From Scenedesmus sp. PABB004 (lineage: Eukaryota): 64,000 bases of DNA. A program made the translations under genes and the position numbers. Where the stretch lies: positions 1-64,000 of the forward strand of contig JABVCE010000041.1 of NCBI GenBank assembly GCA_014905635.1, given 5' to 3'. Numbering within the stretch: position 1 is the stretch's first letter; every line of letters starts with the position of its first letter. The notes below the pieces were generated by a model. That model saw only the letters and a list, made by a program, of their open reading frames with translations. It did no database searches and was not told the DNA's origin. Below are positions 35,601 to 46,943 of the stretch, piece after piece.

Positions 35601-37277
35601 GTCCTCGGGGCCGCCCGGCAGGGCTGCCGCTGCAGCCGCCGGCGCGCCGCCCGCCGCCTCTGCCGGCGCCGCCGGCGCGGGCGTGGGCGTGGGCGTGGGC
35701 GCCGGCGGCACGTCCGGCCGCTTCCTGTCCGCCGTGCCGCCCGCGTGGCGCTCGCTTCCGCCCGTGTGCTTTACCTGCGCGGCGCGGCGGCGGCGCGCCG
35801 TCGGCGCACGCGTGCGGCGCCGCCGCCGCCCGCCGCCGCCGGCCGCCGCGCACGCGCGCCCGTGCCGCACCTGCGCGTGCAGCACCTCTGTCTGCACCGC
35901 GTCCAGCAGCGCCGTGAAGAACTCATGCGCGTCCTCCTGCCGCGCGCTGCCCCAGCGGGCGGCCAGGCGCGCCATCGCGCCGCTCACGGCCGCGGGGCTG
36001 ATGGCGGCGCTGCGGCACGCGGCGCCGGAGCGCGGTGAGGCGCAGCTCGCCGCGCGGCGGTCGCCGCCGCCGCCCGCGGCCGCCGCGCACGCGCCGCACC
36101 TGCGCGAGGCTGCGTGCTGGTGCAGGCAGGCCTGCAGCGCGCGTGTCACGCCGTCCGCCGGCAGCTCCAGCGACTGCAGCGCGCTCGCCGCCAGATCGCG
36201 CGTCAGGCAGGGCAGGCTGAGCAGCGCCTGGGGCGGCGGGTCGGGGCACGGCGGCGGCGGCGGCGGCGTGAGCACAGCGGCGGCCGCGGACGTCCAGGGG
36301 GCGGGGATGCCAGAGGCGCGCGCCGCGCGGGGCCAGCAAACGGCGCGCGCCTGGAGCACCGCGTTGAGGTAGCAGGTGTTGCCGTGGTTGACCATGCCCG
36401 CCGGCAGCTTGCCCGCAAACGCCTGTGGCGCCTCCTGGGGCACCGTGAAGCCGCGAATGCCCAGCTGCTTCCTGCCCATGAGCGCGGCGTGCCCGCCCCA
36501 GGCGCCGCCAGGCCAGATGCCGCCGCCGGAGGCCGCCGCGCAGCCGCCCGGCGTCCCGCGCTTTGCTGCGCTGCCCGGGAACGTGGCGCTGCCGAGCAGC
36601 TTGCGGCCGGGCGTGGCGGCGCACCGCGGCGCCTGCTGCGGCGCGAGGCCGCCGCCGGCGCGCTGCTGCTGCTGCAGCTGCAGCTGCTGCCGCGCCGGCG
36701 TCGGGCCGAGCGCGAGCAGGCGCTGGGGTGCCTGCTGCCCCGCCTTGGCGCCGCTGGCGGGCGCGGGCGCGTCGTCCGCGTCGCCGTCCAGGGGAAACTC
36801 GTAGGGGTCGGGCGCCGGCGGCGGCGTGCGAGCCTTGGTGGGCGTGTTGAGCTTGGCCCGCCGCGGCGCCGCGGCCGCGGGCGCGGGCGCGGCCGCGGGC
36901 GCCGGCGCCGGTGCCGGCGCGGGCGCGGGCGCCCCGCGCGCCGGGCGCGGCGCGTCAAAGCCGGGCAGGCCCGCCCCTGTTGCGGGAGGGCGGCGCCGGG
37001 TGAGCGTCGACGCGTCGCGCGCAGCGGGCGGCGCTCGCAGCGCGCGGCGGCGCTCACTGCTGGCAGCGGGCTTGCGCGCCGCCTGCGCGGTGGCATCGGC
37101 GTCCATCATGCGCCGCCGCTCCTCGCGACCTGCGGCGCGGGCAGCGCGCGGCGCGGGCGCTCAGCAGCGGCGGCGCGGCGCCCCAGCCGAGCTGCTGCCG
37201 GTGCTGCCGCTGCCGCTGCTGGCGCCCGCGCCCAGCGCCATCCCGCGGCGCTCACTGCGCGGCTTGCTCGCGGACAT
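32611..37277 (-). CDS. Ubiquitin-specific protease (USP37-like) with three UIMs inside the catalytic domain
   Basis: Cys box GMVNHGNTCYLNAVLQ|ALL, RQEDAHEFF, CSAC...CESC Zn fingers, LPRVLVVHLKRF, His box VVRHKG...SGHFVSDV...WVHHDDS...GYLFFY. UIMs: DDPALQAALAESL, EEAQLRRALDESL, EEAALQQALAES. First exon MSASKPRS|REERRRMMD. Confidence 0.9.
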
Positions 37278-37617
37278 CGCGCGCCGCGCCGGCCTGCGGC
37301 GGCGCTGCTCGATGCCGGCGGCGCTGCCAGGCCGCCGCGGGCGCCCGGAGGTGTGCCTGGATCGCCGTCACATCGCGGCCCAGGGCCCGGCGCGCAGCTG
37401 CAGGGCGCGCAGGAGGAAAAAGACTGCTGCTGCTGCGCAGCCGCTGTGTGCAGCGCGCCGCCGCCGTGGCGCACGCTGCTCTCAGTGGGTGTGCGCCTCT
37501 GGGCGCCACCGCACGTGCAGCGCCTGGGCGCGTGGACCTGCGCGGTTCAGGGCGTGCGTCGTACGCCCGCTCAAACGGCGCGCGCCCGCGCCGCCGCCGC
37601 CACAACCGCGCGGCGCC

Positions 37618-38469
37618 ATGGCGGCCCCGCCAGAGGGCGCCGGCGAGCTCCGCATCCTGTGCCTCCATCCCTTTCGCTCCCACGCGGCCAGCTTCAAGGG
37701 GCGCCTGGGCTCGCTGCAAAAGCGGCTGCGCGGCGTGGCAGCACTGGAATACCTCGACGCGCCGCACCTGCTGCCGCTCTGGTGTGCCCCCACCGACGGC
37801 GGCGGCGAGCCCCGACCGCCTCCCGGCGGCGGCGGCGGGCGCCCGCCGGCGCCACGGCGCGCGTGGCTGGTGACGCCCGACCTGCTGGCGGCGCAGCCGG
37901 AGCTGCGCGCCGCGTTTGCCGGGGACGCCGGCGGCGGCGCGCCGGCGCCAGGGTGCCAGGCGGCGCCGCCCGGCGCGGGGGAGCTCGCGGCGCAGACGGC
38001 CGGCTGGGAGGTGAGCGCGGCCGCGATCCGCGGCGCGCTGTCCGCCGCCGCCGCCGCGGGGCGGCCCTTCGACGGCCTGCTGGGGCTGAGCCAGGGCGCC
38101 GCCGCGGCGGCGCTCTTCGCGGCGGAGCAGCAGCAGGCGGCGCAGGCGGCGCAGGCGGCGCAGGCGGCGTGGCCGGCGCTGAGGTTCGTGGTGCTGGCCT
38201 CGGGCTTTGTGCCTGCGGCGCCCGAGCTCGCCGCGCTGCTGGCGGCGGCGCCGCCGGTCTCCCTGCCGAGCTGGCACACCTGGGGCGCGGCGGCCGACGG
38301 CGCCGGCGCCGGCGGCGACCGCCAGGTCGCGCCCGCGGCGAGCGCGGCGCTCGCTGCCGCCTTTGGGCCCTGCGCGGCGACCGTGGTGCACGACCGCGGC
38401 CACCTCGTGCCCGGCGCCGTCGCCGCGCCGCTGCGCGCGTGGCTCGTCGCGCGGCGCGGCAACGGATGA
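37618..38469 (+). CDS. FSH1/OVCA2-family serine hydrolase (intronless)
   Basis: LRILCLHPFRS...YLDAPH...RAW...FDGLLGLSQGA...RFVVLASGF...LPSWHTWG..D..V...HDRGHLVP, giving a Ser-Asp-His triad. Confidence 0.9.
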   Translation: MAAPPEGAGELRILCLHPFRSHAASFKGRLGSLQKRLRGVAALEYLDAPHLLPLWCAPTDGGGEPRPPPGGGGGRPPAPRRAWLVTPDLLAAQPELRAAFAGDAGGGAPAPGCQAAPPGAGELAAQTAGWEVSAAAIRGALSAAAAAGRPFDGLLGLSQGAAAAALFAAEQQQAAQAAQAAQAAWPALRFVVLASGFVPAAPELAALLAAAPPVSLPSWHTWGAAADGAGAGGDRQVAPAASAALAAAFGPCAATVVHDRGHLVPGAVAAPLRAWLVARRGNG

Positions 38470-38844
38470 TGACTGCGGCCCGCCGCCGGGCGCCGCGGGC
38501 GCCGGGGTGCGCCGTCGCGCGGGCGCGGCGCGCCGCCGGTCTGAAAACGTGGCGCTTCACCGGCTACCGGTAGCGCGCGGCGCCCCGCGTGTGCTGTGCG
38601 TGCCCGGTGGTCGCCACAGAGGCGCTCTCGTGATTCCCCCTCTGCAGCGGCAGCGCTTCTTCTGCACGCGAGCGCTGCTGCTGGGAGCCCCAACGATCGC
38701 TGCGCGCCCCGAGGTGCGCTTCTCGCTGCTTGTATGCGCGCGGGTGCCACGATCGGACGGGCGCGGAGCTGTTTGCTGCTGCGAGCGCGCCGCGCCGCCG
38801 CGGGGGGCTGATGCAGCGCACCGGCGCACCGCCGCCGCGCAGGC

Positions 38845-40650
38845 ATGGACGTTGACACCCCCCCGCCGTGGGCGGAGCTGCCGCCGCTCGTGTGGGCAGC
38901 GATCATCCGGGGCCTGCCGCACGGCAGCTGCTGCGCCGCCGCGGCGACCTGCCGCGCGTGGCGCGAGCACGCGCTGGCCGCGCTCGTGGCCGCGCCCGTG
39001 CTCGCGGTCGAGCTGCCGACGGGCGACGCGGCGTCGAGCTTCGGGTGCTGGCTCTCCGCGCACGGGCACCGCCTCGCGGCGCTCGACGTCACCGACTGCT
39101 TCTTCGTGCACCGCCCGCGCCGCGGCGCTGCGCGCATCGCGCTCGCGCCGCGCCTGCGCCTGCTGCAGGGCCTGCACGGCGGCGGCCGCGCGCTGCCGGC
39201 GCTGGCGCGCCTGAGCCTGCGCCTCGACGAGCTCAGCCCCACCGAGACGGCGCTGCTCGGCGCGATACACGCGCCCGCGCTGCGCGAGCTGGAGCTCCGC
39301 TCCAACGGGTCCGTCATTGGGCCCGCCGGCGCGCAGGTGCGGCGCCGCGCGGCGCCGCGTGGCGCTGCACGCTGCGCCGTGCCTCACGTGGCCGCGCCGC
39401 GCCGCCAGGGCCTGGCGCCCCTCACGCAGCTCACGTCGCTCGTCGTGCCGACGCAAAGCCTGGGCGACCAGGGGCTGCTGGTGCGGCTGCAGCGCACGCC
39501 GCCCGGCTCGTGGCGCGGGGGGCCGCGCCCCGCCCGCACGCCCGCCGACGCGGCGCCGCGCCGCACGCGGTGCGCGCAGGCCGTGTGCAGCAGCCTCGTG
39601 AGCCTGCGCCGCCTGGACCTGCACAACGACGGACACCTCTCGGATGACGCGTGCACGTCCATCGCACGCCTGACCACGCGGCTGACGGCGCTGGACATTC
39701 AGGGCAGCATCAGCGTGACCAATGGCGGCATGGCGGCGCTCGCCGGCGGCGCGGGCGCGGCGGGGCTGCGCGAGCTCAGCATCGGCTGGTGCCCCAGCGT
39801 GAGCGACTGGGGCGCCGGCCGGCTCGCGGCCGCGCTGACGCGCCTGACGTCGCTCAACCTGTCGGCCACGGGCGTCACGCTGGACCCCGGCGGCCCGCTG
39901 CTCGCGCGCCTGAGCGGCCTGTCGGAGCTGCGCGTGCTCCGCCTCGACCGCCTGCCGCTGCGCGGCGACGCGCTCGGGGCGCTCGCCGCGGCGCTGCCGG
40001 GCCTCGCCGACCTGGGCCTGGCCGAGAACCGCGCGCTGGCGAGCCTCGACGAGCTGCGCCCGTTGTCGGCGCTGCGCGGCCTCACCGCGCTGCGGCTCGC
40101 GGCCGCCGCCGGCCTCGCCGAGCCGCCGCCGGGCTGGGACGGCGGTGGCCTGGGGCTGAGCGCGCTCGCGCGGCTCGAGCTCGGCCAGGGCGGCGTCCTC
40201 GCGCGCGCGATGGACGCGCCCGACGCCGGCGCCGCGTCGCTGTCGGCGCTGCTGTCGCCCATGACTGCCCTCACGGCGCTCGACGCCGCCGGCACGCTGG
40301 GCTCCTGGCCGGGCGGCGGCGGGCGCGGCGCGGCGCAGGCTGCGGCGCTCGTGCGCGCGCTCGGCCCGGCGCTGCGCGAGCTCGCCGTCTCTGCGGCGGC
40401 GGGCGGCGCGGCGCCGCCCGCCGCGTGCCGCAGCACGCCCGCGTTTGTGGACGCCGCGCTGTCGGAGATCGCGCGCGAGCTGGAGCCCGCCAGCAGCGCG
40501 CCCGGCGGCGGCGGCGACGCGCTGCTGCCGCGCGCCGCGTCGATGGCCGCCGTGCGGCGCGCGCTGCCGGGGCTCACGCGCCTCGTCCTGCTCCCGCCCC
40601 GCGCCGGGCGCGAGGCGGACCCGGACGGCGCCGTGACCTGGGCGGCGTGA
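38845..40650 (+). CDS. F-box/LRR-repeat protein
   Basis: F-box-like PWAELPPLVWAAIIRGL...AAATCRAWR, followed by LRRs such as LRRLDLHNDGHLSD, LTALDIQGSISVTN and LRELSIGWCPSVSD. Two short in-frame introns. Confidence 0.8.
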   Translation: MDVDTPPPWAELPPLVWAAIIRGLPHGSCCAAAATCRAWREHALAALVAAPVLAVELPTGDAASSFGCWLSAHGHRLAALDVTDCFFVHRPRRGAARIALAPRLRLLQGLHGGGRALPALARLSLRLDELSPTETALLGAIHAPALRELELRSNGSVIGPAGAQVRRRAAPRGAARCAVPHVAAPRRQGLAPLTQLTSLVVPTQSLGDQGLLVRLQRTPPGSWRGGPRPARTPADAAPRRTRCAQAVCSSLVSLRRLDLHNDGHLSDDACTSIARLTTRLTALDIQGSISVTNGGMAALAGGAGAAGLRELSIGWCPSVSDWGAGRLAAALTRLTSLNLSATGVTLDPGGPLLARLSGLSELRVLRLDRLPLRGDALGALAAALPGLADLGLAENRALASLDELRPLSALRGLTALRLAAAAGLAEPPPGWDGGGLGLSALARLELGQGGVLARAMDAPDAGAASLSALLSPMTALTALDAAGTLGSWPGGGGRGAAQAAALVRALGPALRELAVSAAAGGAAPPAACRSTPAFVDAALSEIARELEPASSAPGGGGDALLPRAASMAAVRRALPGLTRLVLLPPRAGREADPDGAVTWAA

Positions 40651-41188
40651 GCGCGGGTTGAGGGTCGGACCGGGGTCGGGTATCAATCACCCTCACCGGC
40701 ACGCGGCTAGGGTTGGCGCGGGTGCGACGCGGGGCCCTGGGCTGCGGTAACACGCTGATCGCGCCGCGCGGCGGCCACCGGGCGAGCTTGGCGGCGCCGC
40801 CACCCGTCCCCTCCCGCCCAGCCGCCGCGCCGCGACCGCGCGCCCGCGCCGCTGCCGCCGCTGCTGCCGCCGCCCTCACCAGCCCGCAGCGAGCCCGGCG
40901 TCCCGCCCCCTGCCGGCGCACCGGCACCGCGTGGCTGTCACCTGCTCGGCCGCGCCCCGCTGCGCACGGCCGGCGCCCCCGCCGGGCGTGGGCGCGGCTC
41001 GGCATCCCGCGGCCCGGGTGCCGCGCTGCTCCAGAGCGCAGGCCCGCTCCCGCAACGGCAGCGTGACGCGCAGTCTGCTGCCGCGCGGCGGGGCGGCCCG
41101 CGCCGGTGCGCCGATGCCCCGCGGCGCCTAGCGCGGCAGCAGCAGCAGCAGCTGCGCCGCTCGCCGTCGACGCGCCGCGCCGGCGGCC

Positions 41189-43063
41189 ATGTCGTCCGTG
41201 GTCCTCGCCACCGCGGGCTATGACCACACCATTCGCTTCTGGGAGGCCACGAGCGGCATCTGCTACCGCACGCTGCAGGCGCGGGGGGCGGCACGCTGGG
41301 CGTGCGTGCGCCCGGCGCTCGCTCGCTGGCTGCCGCCGCCCGCAGCGACGCCGCCGCCGCCGCCGCCGCCGCCGCCGCGCGCGCAGTATGCTGAGAGTCA
41401 GGTCAACAAGCTGGAGATCACCAGCGAGAAGCAGTACATCGCGGCGGCGGGCAACAGCCAGGCGCGTGCGCGGGCCCGGCGGGACGCCGCGGCGCAGCGC
41501 GGCGGGCGGCCGGCGACGCAGCCGAGCGCGCCCCGCCCTCGCCCGCGCGCCGCGCGCCGCGCACGACAGGTGCGGCTGTTTGAGGTCAACTCCAACAACC
41601 CGCAGCACGTGATCAGCTACGACGGCCACCAGGGCAACGTCACGGCGGTGGGCTTCCAGAAGGACAGGCGCGTGCAGCGGCAGGGGCGCGGGGGGAGGGG
41701 GTTGAGGCGTCGGGGGCGCAAGGAGCGGGGGCGCAAGGAGCCGCAGCCGCCGTGGCGCGCTGCGCCGCGCGTCGTGACCCCGCCTCGCCCCCGCCCGCGC
41801 CGCCCGCGCCGCCGCCCCGCCCGCCCGCCCGGCGCGCAGCAAGTGGATGTACACAGGCGAGCGCGGGGGGGGGGGGGGCAGCGGGGGCGGCGCCGGCGGG
41901 CGAGCAGCAGGCCGGCGCGGGCGGGCGCACCGCCCCTCGCGGCGGCGGCACCCACGCCCCAACACGCCGCGCCGCGTCGCGCCGCGCAGGCGGCGAGGAC
42001 GGCACGGTGCGCGTGTGGGACCTGCGCAGCCCCGGGTGCCAGCGCGAGTACGGCAGCCGCGCGGCGGTCAACACAGTCGTGCTGCACCCCAACCAGGGCG
42101 AGCTCATCTCAGGTGCGCGACATCGATCGATAGCGTGGGGGCGCGCGCCGCACGCGAGCCCCGGCCCGCGCCGCCCGCGCAGGCGTCCGGCGTGCGCTGG
42201 GCGCTGCGCGCGGGCGTGCCGCCGCCGCCCACCGGCTGCCGGCCCGCCGCCGGCTCCGCGGCAGGCGACCAGACGGGCCACATCCGCGTGTGGGACCTGA
42301 CCGCCAACGCGTGCAGCTGCGAGCTCGTCCCAGAGGTCGGCACCGCGGTGCGGAGCCTCACCGTCGCGCTCGACGGCTCCATGGTCGTCGCGGCCAACAA
42401 CCACGGCACCTGCTACGTCTGGCGCATGCTGCGCGGCACGAGCCTCACCACCCACTTTGAGCCGCTGCACAAGCTGCGCGCGCACCAGGCGCGCCGCCGC
42501 GCGCCGCGCCGCGCGCCGCGGGGCTCGCCGCGCCGGCGCGGCTGCGCGCAGCCAGCCCCACACGCTCGCCCCCTCTCTCCAACTCTCGTGCGCGCCCCGG
42601 TCCGCCCTGCCTGGCGCTCGCCGCAGGGCTACATCCTCAAGTGCCTCATCAGCCCCGACGTGCAGCAGCTCGCGACGACGAGCAGCGACAAGACGGTCAA
42701 GCTGTGGAACCTGGACGGCTTTGGGCTCGAGCGCACGCTCACGGGGCACAGCCGCTGGGTGTGGGACTGCGTGTTCAGCGTCGACGGCGCCTACCTCGTC
42801 ACCGCCTCGAGCGACGCGACCGCGCGCCTCTGGGACCTCGCTTCGGGTGGGTGTGGGCAGCGGCGCGCGGCGCGGCGCGGCGCGGCGCGGCGCGGCGCGG
42901 CGCGGCCACCGCGCCGCGAGCCAACGCCAGACGTCACCCGCGTCACCGCCGCGCCGGCGCCGGCGCAGGCGAGGCCATCCGCACGTACAGCGGGCACCAC
43001 AAGGCCACCGTGTGCTGCGCGCTCAACGACAGCGCCATCGACGGCCGCGACGCGGACAGCTGA
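41189..43063 (+). CDS. LST8: TOR complex subunit LST8 (WD40)
   Basis: [42 protein letters not shown]...[17 protein letters not shown]...[22 protein letters not shown]...[24 protein letters not shown]...[13 protein letters not shown]. 8 exons. Confidence 0.98.
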
Positions 43064-43823
43064 CGCGCGGACCATAGGGCACCGGTGCCGGTGCCGTTGG
43101 GCGCCGGCGGCGCGCGGCCGTCCAGCGCGCACCGCGGCGGCCGGGCCGCTTGTTTCGGGGCCATTCCCGGCCTCTGTCGTCGTCGTCGTTTAGTCGGCGG
43201 TGCGCCGTTGGTCGCGCGGCAGTGAAACCGGCACTCCGGCGGGCCCGGTGAAGGCCGGTCGACCGGGACCTCCGCTCCCGCGCCGATATGACCCCGCGGC
43301 ACCCTGCGCCGCTGCCCAATCACGCAGCGCTCACCTGAGAGACCTCGATCACCAGTCGCAGCGCCTCATCACCGCCCCGCGCCGCTCAGCACCGCACCTG
43401 ACTCAGCCCGGCAGCCGGACGCGGTCAGCCGCTCGCTGCAGCCGTGTTGCGTACGTGAGAGAGACGCGCGGTGAGAGCCGCGTGCTGCAGCGCTGCGCTC
43501 GCGCGGCGCGGGGGTCGACGGGTTGGTCGCGGGCAGCACGAGCGCCAGGAGGGCCCGTGCGCCCTCGCTGCCGCCGTCATACCGATTGGCAGCTGCCGGC
43601 CAGCGCGTTCCGCGCGTGCGCGGCGCCGTGGCGCGGCCGGGCTGCCCGGGCGCCCAACGAATTGCAGCGATGTTCGTCCTTGCCGGCAGCGCCGGGCAGC
43701 GCGACGCGCGCTGCGCCGCGCCGCTGTGACCTCGAGATGCAGGGGTCGCGGTGGGCCGCGCGGTTCCGCCGCTGCCGCGCACTCACCGCGCCGCCGCTGC
43801 TGCCGCCGCCCCGCAGACCAACG

Positions 43824-45995
43824 ATGGGCCGCCGCGCGCTGCCGCTGGCGGCGCTGCTGCTGGCGCTCGCCCTGGTCTGGGCGGCGCAGTGCAGCGACGC
43901 CGCGCGCTCCCTGAGCGAGGACAAGCACAAGGCGGCGCTGGACCTCGACGTCCCCGAGGTCAAGGTGGACGAGCTCGCGCCGGGCGTGCAGCTCACCACC
44001 ACGCGCCACGCCAAGGGCAAGGGCCGCGGCCGGGGCCACGGCCACGGCGGCCGCTTCAACGGCACCGAGCACGCGCACAACGGCACCGAGCACGCCCACA
44101 ACGGCACCGAGCACGCCCACAACGGCACCGAGCCCGCCCACAACGGCACCGAGCACCACCACGGCGGCCGCCGCCCGGGCGGCCGCAAGGGCGGCAAGCG
44201 CGCCGGTGTGGCCCGCGCCGCGGCCGCCAAGTCTGGCGGCACCGTCAAGCCCGACTATTACGGCGACTACGGCTCGTACGACTACGCCGACTATAGGTGA
44301 GCGGTGGTTGGGGCTCAGCGGCTGCCTCGCGCGCCGCAACCCCCGCCGCGCGCCCCGCTGAGCGCTGCCACACCGCCGCGCCGCCGCCGCGCAGCATCAC
44401 GTGGGTGCCCTTCCGGAGCTCCGACTTTGACGAGTGCTCGAGCGCGTGCGAGGACGAGGGCAGCGAGTGGCTGCCCATCACCGGCGGCGGCGACACGAGC
44501 TACGACCAGGCCGCCTGCCTCGTCAAGGTCAACGGCCGCATCCTCTACGGTGCGCCGCCGCCGCCACCGCGCGCCCCGCCCCGCACAGCGCGCCCCGCGC
44601 CCACGACGCGAGCCCTGCGCGCCCCGTGCCCCGCGGCCCGCGCTCACGCGCCCGCGCCCACGCCTGCCGCACGCGGCCGCGCAGGCCTGGCGAGCTGGAA
44701 CAACCGCGACAGCAAGTACACCTGCTACTTCAACAGCGGGCAGCGCGTGTCCAAGACGACGCGCAACTTCATGTGCGCCTGCATGAGCGGATGCAACACG
44801 CCCCCCGGTGAGAGCGGCGCCGCGCCGCGCCGCGCCGCGCCGCGCCGCGCCGCGCCGCGCCGCGCCGCGCCGCGCCGCGCCGCGCCGCGCCGCGCGGGCG
44901 AGCACGCGCGCCGCGCGCACGCGCGCACGCCGCACTGCGCTCACGCGCCGCGCCGCGCCCGCGCCGCGCCCGCGCCGCGTGCTGCCATGCAGATTACAGC
45001 GGCGGCTACGATTACTATGGCGGCGACGGCTCGTATGACGGGAGCGGCGACTACTACAGTGAGCGCCGCGCCACGCACCCCCGGCCGCGCCCCGCCGCCC
45101 GCCGCCCCGCGCCCCGCCGCCCGCCGCCCGCCGCCCGCGCGGCGCCCGCTCACTCCTCCTCCTCGCCCTCCGCCCTCCCTGCCCACCCGCGCAGGCGAGT
45201 ACGACCCCAACGGCGACTATTACTACTACGATGACTCCGACGGCACCGGCTACATCAAGGTGCGAGGGAGAGAGAGAGAGGGAGAGAGCCGCCGCGGCGG
45301 CGCCGGCCCGGGCGGGCGCGGCGCGCGCTCGCGCCGCCGGCTGCGCTGCACGCGGCGCGCGGCGCCCGGCCGACGCCCGCCGCGTCGTGCCGCGCCCGCG
45401 CGCAGGGCGCCAAGAAGGAGGGCCAGGGCAAGGGCACCAGCCCGCCCCCCAGGGGCGGCAAGGGCAAGGGCAAGGGCCCCGGCACGGGCAACGGCAAGGG
45501 CCGCGGCAAGGGCAAGGGCCCTGGCGGCAAGACCACGCCCCCCGGCGGCGGCGCCGGCGGCGCCAAGAAGGGCGGCAAGAAGGGGACCAGCTATGACGGC
45601 AGCTATGACTATCCCTACCCCGACTACAGCTACGACGACCCCGCGACCTGCGAGGTGGGCACAGTCGGGGCTCGCAACGCGCTCCGCGCACCGCGCCCGC
45701 GCCCGCCTGGCCCCCCGCCCGCCCGCCCCGCGTCAGCCCGCGCCGGCCCGCTCACCCGCCCCCCACCGCACCGCCGTCCGCCCGGCGCCAGGTCGACGCG
45801 TTCTGGGGCGCCGACTCGTGCAGCCGCGACTGCCGCGCGGGGTGCGCGTGCCGCGTGTACAACGACGCCACGGGGGCCTACCTGATCGGCTACACCAGCA
45901 GCCGCACCGACCGGCGCAACGGCGTGTGCCGCACCGCGCTCGGGCCGAAGCGCGCCGACGACTACATGAACTTTTGCATCGACGACGTGGTCTGA
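43824..45995 (+). CDS. Secreted modular protein: His-rich NGTEHAH repeats, Tyr/Asp/Gly blocks, Lys/Gly blocks and two Cys-rich domains
   Basis: Signal peptide MGRRALPLAALLLALALVWAAQCSDA. Exons join in frame via GT-AG introns. Stop TGA at 45993-45995. Confidence 0.8.
44821..44895. repeat. Intronic (CGCGC)n pentanucleotide microsatellite, about 15 copies
   Basis: Read directly from the sequence. A shorter complementary tract lies in an LST8 intron at about 42865-42905. Confidence 0.9.
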
Positions 45996-46943
45996 GGCAC
46001 GCAACGAGGGCACACACACCACGTGGCGGTGTGATGCATGCGGAGAGAAGAGAAGGCACACACACACACGTCGCCGCCGTGGCGGGCCGGAAGGCGCGAG
46101 CCTCTCGCCCGCCCCGCCCCGGCCCCGCGGCGCGGGCTATGCCCAGCTCGGGGCCCGGGCCGGCCGGCGGACGGCCGGCGCGCGTCGCACGCACACGCAC
46201 TTGTTCTTTTCGACCGCGGACCGGCACCAGCAAGGCCGCAGGCCTACGCGCGGGTCAGGCCGCGGGCCGCCCCCGCTCTCGGCGCGCGCGCGCGCGCGAG
46301 GGGCCACCATGGTGCGGCAGACGATGGTGTCGCGACCCCCATTTCATGCTCTCAGCCTCGTGGGCGTTGCTGTGCTTATGGCCACGTATGTACAGCCAGC
46401 ACTGCACCCCGCTCCTCGCCCGAACAATCAGCAGCCAGATCCCCTCTGTAGGCACGTATGCTCCCCCCTAGCTTCCTTCCTTTCGAGTCCCAGCACACGC
46501 ACACACTTGCCAGCGGGCGCCGGGGCGGCTGCTAATCGGGACGCCGGCCCGCCGCTGGGCTGCGCGCGGGGCGCGCGCTGCGACTGCGGGGCCCTGCTGC
46601 TCGACACTTCCTGGCACTGATGAAACGAGGGCTGACAGCGCACTGACGTCGGGTTTGATCGTCCCCTCTTGCTCTGCTGCTCTGCTCCCCACCCCTTCGC
46701 ACCACCATGCGCACGCGTGCAGAGGGACGGCGCCACCAGAAAGGCTGCAGCTCTGCACGTGGCCCGGCCCCGGTGGGCGCGGGCCCGCGCCCGCCCAGGT
46801 GGCTTGCTGCTGCGGAGCTGTTTGCATCGGCCGGCACGCTCATTCAAGTTTCATTAACCCACGCAGGGCCGACTCGAGGGTAACGAGCGAAACACGAACG
46901 GCGCGATACAGCCCGGCCGCCCGAGCTCGAGCTGACGAGCTCG

